Shown here piece by piece: positions 54,849 through 64,000 of a stretch of DNA of 64,000 nt. Position numbers and translations under genes: made by a program. Source of the DNA: Phoronis australis (Eukaryota > Animalia > Phoronida). Numbering within the stretch: position 1 is the stretch's first letter; the number at the start of each line of letters is the position of its first letter. The stretch is from contig NMRA01000542.1 in NCBI GenBank assembly GCA_002633005.1, forward strand, positions 227,221-291,220, written 5' to 3'. The notes under the pieces were generated by a model. That model was not told the origin of the DNA. It did not search any database and saw only the letters and a program-made list of their open reading frames with translations.

Positions 54849-57800
54849 TCAATCATCGTCCTACAAAAAACATAACAAAATGAAGTGAACAAAAAGTTTA
54901 TTCAATTTCAAGAAAAGGCAGTGGAATTTCATTAAAATTTGCTTGGCTTCGTCGAAGTTATGGTGAAAAGCCAGACAGACACCAGACCCAGGGTCTAATC
55001 TTACTCAGAATCGTACCCGAAAGTATTCTTGGCATAATCTGTTCTGCATTTGTGCAAACTCAAGATGAGTGTATATTATTGAGTGCTCCAGTACATAATC
55101 GTTGGTGTCAATATTCAATAACTGTCTGATACTAGTTTACTCTTAGAGGAGAATGCCACGCGACTTAATTAGTCTTTTTTACCATCTAAATTGGTTTTTT
55201 TCGTATCACCTCGTATACAGTCAATCATACCTCGCAGAGAGGTGTCGCGTTAACCTGTGAGGAAGGTGAGAAACGACGCTAGCGACTGGGTGGTTCTTCT
55301 GCAGAGTGAGTGCCACTATGGTGTGGTGTATCATATATCAGGAACCGAACGACAATAGTATTTTAACATAATCTATGCTAAACAACAGCAACGCCGAGCG
55401 TTGAAATGCACCCACGAATGCATTGCAAATGGTGTGCTTTTAGGCTTATTTATTTGTATCATAAAAATGGCCACTAGATGGCGCAAAAACATACAATCCA
55501 TCCAAAAACAGGAACATGCCATATTTCATAACAAGAGCAACGCGGAGCGTTGAAATGCGCCCACGAATGCATTGCAAATGGTGTGCTTTTAGGGTTTATT
55601 TGTATCATAAAATGGCGCAGAACATACAATCCATCCAAAAACAGGAACATGCCATATTTCATAAAAATCTGTCCACGAACTTCAGAGAAACAAAGGAAAA
55701 CAGAATAAAATGAAATTGCCACTAGTGAGCACAGTGTTCGTTGGATCCGCCTGAAAGTCGTCGTCGTCTGTTGTTATCTTCATATAAATACACTTACTAA
55801 ATAAATTTAGTAAAGATCTTGCAGTGGGTTTAGGAGATACAACTATAGGCGCAAAACAAAACTACCACTAGGAGGCGCCACAGTAGACAGTCACCATCAC
55901 CAAAGGTCGTCTCCACACTGAGAACAGATATGCCAATTTTCAAATGATTTGGTCGATACAGGGGTGGACGCCAAAAACACGATTTGAAAACAGCAAAAAT
56001 GGCCACTAGGTGGTGCAAAATACCTCGATTCCATCTAAAAACAAGCAGATAGCACCATCACACCAACAGATGCCTATATTAAAAATTTTATGAAAATCTG
56101 TTGAGGACCTTTGAAGATACAGAGTTAAACGTAAAAACTAAAATTGCCACTAAGGGGCACTGCAGTAGTCAGATCTGTCCGAAAGTCGTCGTCATCCGTA
56201 GTCAACATCATATAAATATACTTACTAAATTTCGTAAAGATCCTGCGAACGGTTTAGGAGATACAGCCATAGGCACAAAAATAAAACAAAACTGCCACTA
56301 GGAGGTGCCACAGTAGTCAAAATCGTCGGAAAATCATCGTCAACCGTCCTCTTCATAATAACAACATACATGCCAATTTTCAAAATCATCCTTTGAGCGG
56401 TTTGGTTGACAGAAGGTGGAAGCAAAAAACAGACTTGAAAACAATAAAAACGGCCACTACGTAGCTCAAACTATGTCGAATCCATCCCAAAACGGCAGGA
56501 TAGCGTCATCTCACTAATGGGTGCCTACATATCAAATTTCATGAAAATCCGTAAAGAACTTTTGAAGATACAAAGCGTAAAAAACTAAAATTGCCACAAG
56601 GGGGCACACTGGTAGTCGGATCCGTCCAAAAGTTCGCTCATGCCGTCCCATTCATGCATGGAACATATGTGCCAAATTTCATGAACGTATGTCAAAGGGT
56701 TTTGGAGATAAAGCAGCGGATGAAATTCCCAGCCTGGCACCACTTACTTCATGTATCGATTTCAGCTTCCATTATGAACATTCAGACAAGAAATTCTGGT
56801 ACTTTCAAACTATCTAGCATTACGACAAAAACATTTCAGCCCTAAAAACCTTTAAACATCTTCATTGGTAGAATTCTTGGTCTCGTAATTTTGGCAATAG
56901 TTCAAGAAATGCAAATTTCAATCTCTAACGATGCCACAAACGATAGTCACCACACATGCGTCAGACCCAAGTTGGCACAGCATAGCTTCTGCTGGTTCAA
57001 GAATGTGATGGGGATTATATGCAATATCACCGATTTGGTGGATTGAGAACACACAGAGTTGGCGGTCCATTCAGTATAGGCTATGCTGGCAGGAGTCACT
57101 AGAAAATTGAACTTACACGGTGATCAGCATTCTCCGGATGTATCTTACGGAAGAAGGACTCCACCACAGCACGTCTGTAAAAGATGCATAATGGTCATAG
57201 CAATACTCGGATACGATGACTTTAAAAGGAGGTATTATCCCAAGGTCAAGGTTATGTGGGACCCTATCAACAACAGTACGCCTAATATCTACAAAACTGT
57301 AGAATTTATATGCGTTAATGTACAATTTTCTGAAATACAGTCTGCAAAAATTTGAATTTTAACTTAAAAAAAAAACAATCTGCCACTAATAGGGCCACGT
57401 GACCATGTCTTTCTAAGTTATTTTGTTTCCACTTTAAGCAACTTTCGACTTTTTCCATAAAAATCCTGAAATTCCCGTTTTTGATGACCCGTCATGCCAA
57501 AGTGGAACACATGAACAACATATGAAAACTAGTCCCTGAATATTTCATACAAACTGATCAGCCATTTGGATATGACGTTTGAAGTTAGTCAACAGGTAAA
57601 TTTTAATTTAGCCTATTCACAAATTATTTGAAATATGGAATTGATGTCAACATGCCCCTTATTCGAATGACAGGCCTTTCCTACAGGCTCCAAAGATCAA
57701 TGGGAACACTTGATTTCTGTCTAGACTCAAAGTTAACAGCACAAGTTTACTTCGAAGTAAAGAGGTGCATTTAATGGCGAAGCGTCGATGCTTCCCTACA

Positions 57801-60191
57801 ATAATAGGAACACTTAACTTTGATGCCATCGGAGTTATTGGCAGAGTTCACTGTCTGAGTTTGCCAACAGCGGGTGGTGACTGGTTACTATTTGTTTATA
57901 TTTTGTTCTACTAACTATTATTTTGGGGGTTTAACCAATACGTTCCACATTAAAAAAATCAATGAATGTGTAGTGTATGCAAAACGAGTTCCATACTGCC
58001 TTCGTTTGGATCAGCTGTTAGCCTGCTCAAGAATCAAATTTTTGAATGTCATATCTAGTACATAGTCATCGTCCCAATGGTTGGCTTGTGAAGTTGACAT
58101 TCTAGTTTCCATCTGGGGAGAGGGAGACGTCATTGCCACTTTTGATGGCAACATCTTTGATGGCAAGCACTGTCAAAAGCAACAAGAGCTTTGGTCATAT
58201 TAACGCTGCCTTGCGATAACTTCACTGAACTAACTCTGAAGCTGATGGGAACACTAACGCTTTACTTTGCGGTTAACCACAGTTAACATCAAAGCTTCAG
58301 TAGCAGCGAAGTTAACTCTTTGCGACAGAAAGAATTGATAATTTACTACCACCTGTGACAACCCTCACCAATTTGGTTTGTCAAAGTGGCTCATTTTATG
58401 TACCGGAGCAATTTTATTTTTTTTCTTTTTATTTTAATTATTGTGATGTGCGCAACACCATCAGTTTCCACTGCTTTCCATGGGTGCCCTCAACAACACA
58501 AAAATGAACCGTCAGTTTTCACTGCTTTCCATGGGTGCCCTCAATAACACAAAAATGAACCGTCAGTTTTCACTGCTTTCCATGGGTGCCCTCAATAACA
58601 CAATAATGAACCATCAGTTTTCACTGCATTCCATGGGTGCCCTCAATAACACAATAATGAACCATCAGTTTTCACTGCATTCCATGAGTGCCCTCAATAA
58701 CACAATAATGAACTATCAGTTCTTTCCCAGTCCAGAAACACCCTCTCATCTGTGTGAAAAACAAACTGGAAGCAGTCTTGTAGTAGCAAGTGGTCCAAAC
58801 AAAAGTGTGGGTTTACAGCAGCTTTAAGACAGACTGCATCTTCTTCATGTTCGTAGGCTCTACCTACTTAAGATGAGGAACAACTTCAAAAGACAAAGTA
58901 ATGACAAAAACTATGATACATGGTCGTCGTGTGCATTCCAAACAGCTAAGACACCAGGGATGCTAATTTTTTCTAACATTTCCACGCACTAGAGGGAGCA
59001 ACACCAGTGAACTTCAACTTGAGTCTACAGTCATCCGAAAACAACCTTGAGACTGCTAAAAACTGAAATTACCACTAGAGGATATCGCAGCAGTTGCATC
59101 AATCCAATAATCCACGCCAGTCATGCTTATCTTAACAGAAACTAATTTGGCACGATTCTTGAAGATGTTTGGCAGATAGAGCAGAAGATACCAAATGTGA
59201 ATTTACTGAACTCGTAAATTTGACACTAGGGGACACAACAAGTCTGGGGCCTGTTCCAAGAAAATGACCTAAGTTCATTTTTGACTTTTAGAATGGTCTC
59301 AACTTCTGAACTTTGAAACTTCCACATCCCGTAACTTTGTCAAGCTTAAGACAAAAGTTAATAAATCAAACTTAAGATTATTTTCTTGGAAAGGACTAAG
59401 ACAAATTGAAGTTTTACCTAAAAATGGCTTAAATTTAAGATATGTCTTAGCCAAGTCAGTTTTCTTGAAACGGGCACCTGAATTGTTTAAAAACAGGCAG
59501 GTGTTGCTCCACCCTCCACCCGGGGAAACATATGACAAATTTCATTTAAGATTTCTCATAGGTATTGAGACAAAACAATCAACACAAACTGCTACTAGGA
59601 AGCATAGCAGTAGCTGAAACTGACCAAAAAAAAAAACAACCACAGTGAGAGTTTTGGCAATGATTTAACACCAGCATCAAATTTTGTAAGGGTTCTTCAA
59701 CCATTTGGCAGAAACCAGAATAGATTCCAAAAGCGAACGTCAAAATAACTGCCACTATGGACTGCATAACAAGCTGGAGCCATGCAAAAATGGCCAGTAG
59801 CTCGTCTCCTTAAAAGAAACACGTGTCAACTTTCAAGAAGTTCCACGAAGACTTGGTAGTTACAGAGAGATGCAAAAATGGAGATAGTAATAAGATGGCA
59901 CAGCAGCAATAAAATCCGTCAAGTTGTAAATCTAAGTTGTTAACATAAATGTTGATCCCTTAAAGAACTTAGTATATATTGAGGCAGGGGCCAAAAAAGT
60001 GCCACTAGGAGGCATAGCAGTGGTTGGATATGTCCGAAAATTAAAGCCAGTCTGGCTCTTCTCACTGACTAATGCCTCGTTCACCACATACTTAGCTGGT
60101 AATCCACCACCAGGGGGAAGGCCATCTATTTGTTCACTAGACAGTATGTGCATGACATACGGTAAGTCAGCCTCCTCCGTGTCAGCTATTT
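54849..60191 (-). CDS. PPM1B: Protein phosphatase 2C (PPM1A/PPM1B co-ortholog), last three coding exons (PP2C C-terminal domain); 5' part lies in the gap or beyond the window
   Basis: Exon 60191-60092 EIADTEEADLPYVMHILSSEQIDGLPPGGGLPAK (compare PPM1A/B DL.HVMR.L..E.IP.LPPGG.L..K); exon 57174-57117 RAVVESFFRKIHPENADHR; terminal exon 54860-54849 DDD*. GT-AG introns with compatible phases 1/2/0, followed by a ~2 kb UTR-like stretch with minus-strand AATAAA near 52800-52825. A versus B cannot be resolved in an invertebrate. Confidence 0.85.
55381..56730 (-). mobile_element. Helentron/HINE-like repeat (same family as 17817-19395) with duplicated 3' end, in the last PPM1 intron
   Basis: The segment AACAAGAGCAACGCGGAGCGTTGAAATGCGCCCACGAATGCA occurs twice (~55381 and ~55529); internal subrepeats are built around CCACTAGG/AG motifs. 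Confidence 0.7.
58457..58722. repeat. Tandem repeat, 51 bp unit x5
   Basis: CCATCAGTTTTCACTGCTTTCCATGGGTGCCCTCAATAACACAATAATGAA repeated; accounts for ORF 58480-58827. Confidence 0.95.
59247..59477. mobile_element. PIF/Harbinger-type MITE
   Basis: 18-bp TIRs GGGCCTGTTCCAAGAAAA / TTTTCTTGAAACGGGCAC flanked by a CTG 3-bp direct repeat. Confidence 0.7.
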
Positions 60192-61371
60192 CTGAAAAGG
60201 AAAAAAAGGAATTAGACATGGGGAAGTTAGCTTAGGTTGAAAATAACAGGAAAAAATAGGTTTGTTGTGTTGTGAATACAGAGATGCATAGAATATGTGT
60301 CTTATTAACTTAATTATAGGATTATGTAAACTAGGAAAATTTACACAACTGAAGGCACAACTGCTATCAAAACCACCATAATCCCTACCAAAATGAAAAA
60401 CCACCACAATCCCTACCAAAATGAGCAAGCAAAATGGAATTAACAGCTGGTTCTCGGCCAGGTGATTCTGCAGACACAGAACTGTGCACCAGACTGCTTT
60501 TTAATGGACCTATTTTGCCAAATGTTGCTATGACGCAAGAGCAAGTTGAAACTTTGGATTTTCAAACATACACGTTTGCACATAATCTGCAAGGCATGTG
60601 ACCTGAACTTAACTTTTTGTATCCCTACATGGAGTGTGAAGAAAAAGATACAGATTGTTACCAAGGCACAATGAATCAGTATTAGATCAGTGTTCTCCAC
60701 AACTGAGAACCTAAACATGCAGCACCAACAAACGTGCCATAAGTGAAAGCGACCACTACTCCGATTAGTGACCACCCATAATTAATAGTTTCAATGAATT
60801 GATTCTCATAGTAAGGTGCACTTTCAAATGCAGAGACTGGGCAGTGGGCATAAGTTTTTAAAGTCGCAAGAACCTTATGAGAGAAGCCCGTAATACTTGG
60901 ACATATCTCGCACTCTTGTGTTCTTACGTCGGCAGAACGCTCACCACTCCAGGATCAATTTCGTCATCATTGGTTGCCGAGAACACCGTATTGCAGTGCA
61001 CTAAAAATAGCTGTGTGGTTGGAAATTACACTTACCAACCACGGTCCCTCGTTCTATGCCACAATAAATTTATTTGCAAAAACAATCATTATTTGTTCAG
61101 TTTTAATAGCCAAATCCCACACTTGTTCACACCCGAAATGACAGGCAAAATACATGTGATATTTGGTGACCAACCATTCTTTTAAATACATGGCACAAAT
61201 TTAGTGCTAAGAGAGCAAATTCAAAACACCCAATTATGTAATTTCGCAAAAAGTATTTTGAGACTTCTTATTACAAGCAAAGTGAGTTATTGAATACGGA
61301 ACCAACACTAGACACAAGGTTTTTCTTGTGAAATTTGCACTGCATCACTGTGGAGGACCAATACATCATAC

Positions 61372-61470
61372 GTACTAGGCATACAGCACCTTGCACGATA
61401 CCAGGCATACAGCACCTTGCATGGTACCAGGCATACAGCACCTTGCACGGTACTAAGCATAGCACCTTGC
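61372..61470. repeat. ~25-26 bp tandem repeat running into the assembly gap
   Basis: GTACCAGGCATACAGCACCTTGCACG x4, ending at the N run. Confidence 0.9.
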
Positions 61471-62419
61471 NNNNNNNNNNNNNNNNNNNNNNNNNNNNNN
61501 NNNNNNNNNNNNNNNNNNNNNNNNNNNNNNNNNNNNNNNNNNNNNNNNNNNNNNNNNNNNNNNNNNNNNNNNNNNNNNNNNNNNNNNNNNNNNNNNNNNN
61601 NNNNNNNNNNNNNNNNNNNNNNNNNNNNNNNNNNNNNNNNNNNNNNNNNNNNNNNNNNNNNNNNNNNNNNNNNNNNNNNNNNNNNNNNNNNNNNNNNNNN
61701 NNNNNNNNNNNNNNNNNNNNNNNNNNNNNNNNNNNNNNNNNNNNNNNNNNNNNNNNNNNNNNNNNNNNNNNNNNNNNNNNNNNNNNNNNNNNNNNNNNNN
61801 NNNNNNNNNNNNNNNNNNNNNNNNNNNNNNNNNNNNNNNNNNNNNNNNNNNNNNNNNNNNNNNNNNNNNNNNNNNNNNNNNNNNNNNNNNNNNNNNNNNN
61901 NNNNNNNNNNNNNNNNNNNNNNNNNNNNNNNNNNNNNNNNNNNNNNNNNNNNNNNNNNNNNNNNNNNNNNNNNNNNNNNNNNNNNNNNNNNNNNNNNNNN
62001 NNNNNNNNNNNNNNNNNNNNNNNNNNNNNNNNNNNNNNNNNNNNNNNNNNNNNNNNNNNNNNNNNNNNNNNNNNNNNNNNNNNNNNNNNNNNNNNNNNNN
62101 NNNNNNNNNNNNNNNNNNNNNNNNNNNNNNNNNNNNNNNNNNNNNNNNNNNNNNNNNNNNNNNNNNNNNNNNNNNNNNNNNNNNNNNNNNNNNNNNNNNN
62201 NNNNNNNNNNNNNNNNNNNNNNNNNNNNNNNNNNNNNNNNNNNNNNNNNNNNNNNNNNNNNNNNNNNNNNNNNNNNNNNNNNNNNNNNNNNNNNNNNNNN
62301 NNNNNNNNNNNNNNNNNNNNNNNNNNNNNNNNNNNNNNNNNNNNNNNNNNNNNNNNNNNNNNNNNNNNNNNNNNNNNNNNNNNNNNNNNNNNNNNNNNNN
62401 NNNNNNNNNNNNNNNNNNN
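61471..62419. other. Assembly gap (N run)
   Basis: Continuous Ns. Confidence 1.
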
Positions 62420-62518
62420 GACAGGACTTCTGTAGTGTAGTTTAGTGTAGGCTACCAGTCTCTGTGAACCTGGTGAGTATGAGGTTTGTTCCTGAGTCTC
62501 TCATTGATTTCTGTTCAG

Positions 62519-62700
62519 GTGCAAGCACTGGGAGCCGACCTTATGAATAGAGTGCATCCTACTTGTCCAAGAACTGCAACTTATGCTCTCATCACTTCGA
62601 GGAGTCCATGTTGATGAATGAAGAACAAGCTGGTATTGAATGCGGTGCCCGAGCAGTATTTGATGTCCCCAGTCCACCAAAAATGAAGACGTCAAAAAGG
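62519..62700 (+). pseudogene. Degenerate THAP zinc-finger fragment (transposon relic)
   Basis: After a ttcag acceptor: (R)CKHW../RADLMN/SASYLSKNCNLCSHHFEESMLMN/KLVLNAVP/VFDVPSPP. These are the THAP hallmarks W...LCSxHF...AVP.xF, interrupted by frameshifts. Confidence 0.7.
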
Positions 62701-64000
62701 TCTACGGAAATTATGTTACAGCTGTGGAATAGGCTTTTTGCAGTTTCTGATTATCGTCTCACAAAGCAAGTACTGGAACATCACGTGTAGAAAGGACAAT
62801 TAGTCAAAATCCGGTTTTCGTATTTTACTAAGGTTGTTCAGATTGAAACAGTTTATGAATGGTTAGCCTGTGATTTGAAGAGAGCCAAAGTGAAACTGAT
62901 GTGTCTTTTAGAGTCTGAATGGTGGGCTGACATTTTGTTAAACCCAAGCTATCGGTATCATTTTGCTTCTCAATGACACTGAAGCACCTCTGTGAGTAAA
63001 TTAGTTATCAGCTTCAACGCATTTCGTTGGCAAAAAGAGCTGTTGTTTACTAATGAATAGATAGTGAGAAGGTTGGTTAGATTTTCTTGTTGTATTGGTG
63101 TATGTGTTGCCTATTTTGTATGTTTTTGGAGATTGTGATTGATTTAAGCTCCAGTTGTGGCTAAGTAACAAATATGATCTTGTGGTCTAGCTTTAGCTTA
63201 CCTGAAATTTTTACTGTTATTGATAATATGAACAGTGGGTATAGAAAATAAAATTTTTAGTTTTATCATCCAAGTCTTTTTAATTCAGTTTGGTATGAAG
63301 TTGTGTGGCTAGTGAATATTTTGATTGCTGTTCAGCACCTCTTAACTTTTTTGTCATGACATTTTGAGCTTGGACTGGTTATGGTTTGGATATATTCAAT
63401 GTGGGGGGGGCTCTAATTCCCGACGATGTAGACCTTTTGCTATAAACAAATGAGTGGGTGNGTGAATTGCGCGTTTCCGTTTCTTTAGTGGACTTTTTCC
63501 CATTTTCTCAGACTTTTTGTCTCGTTCAAGCCCCCCGAGCCCCCTGGGTGTGCGCGTGGGAGAGTGCAATCGAGTTTACCCTATGCTGGAATGTCTAAGA
63601 AATAATGGGATGTTCTAAAATTATATTACGATTTTGTGGTATTGATGAATTGCTTTCTTCTTCTTACATGTGTAACACCCACTACTCCAAACAATTATTC
63701 ACATTGTTAGTGCATTGAATAAGGAGCTCATGCGAAATTGGGTGGAGGTCGGGTGAAACCAGCAGTGGGCTGGGAGCAACATGTTTGTCAATCGTCAGGG
63801 GAGCAACCAAAATTTATGACTATGGGAATGACTCAACACCCATGTGGCATACCCCATTGGTGTTTACCTGTTTAGCACTCCTCCCATGTAACCCCCCTGG
63901 GAGATGGTCAACACCCATTGGCGGCCACATGGTTTTTGCCTTGTACCCCCTTAGCTGTCACCTGAGGGAATTACCCTCTAAACCCCCAAGAGCAATCATT

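Noticed and set aside
58480-58827. 115-aa repetitive ORF
   Set aside because: Translation of a 51-bp tandem repeat.
61335-62445. 366-aa and 342-aa ORFs
   Set aside because: Artifacts of the N gap.

Overview
AT-rich, intron-rich animal (invertebrate-type) genomic DNA with one ~950-N gap (61471-62419) and several single-N joins. The ORF track misses most real exons, so genes were rebuilt from splice sites and phases. From left to right: (1) a complete 5-exon EFCAB11-like EF-hand gene on the minus strand (171 aa); (2) head-to-head with it, ATGs 300 bp apart, a complete 19-exon FBXO11 gene on the plus strand (874 aa: F-box, PbH1/CASH beta-helix, UBR-type zinc finger); (3) immediately downstream and convergent, a tandem array of three two-exon mini-genes, each consisting only of a ZAR1-type (zf-3CxxC) zinc-binding domain. 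Two are intact (90 and 96 aa) and one has a decayed second exon; they show divergent Cys spacing, and Rel/NF-kB- and STAT-like motifs lie upstream of two of them; (4) the last three coding exons of a PP2C phosphatase (PPM1A/PPM1B type) on the minus strand. One FBXO11 exon is present twice across a 1-N join, most likely as two alleles, one of which carries a transposon insertion. The rest is MITEs, Helentron/HINE-like elements rich in CTCF-like motifs, minisatellites, a perfect 89-bp hairpin and a THAP-domain relic. The stand-alone ZAR1-domain mini-gene cluster is the best candidate for an undescribed system.
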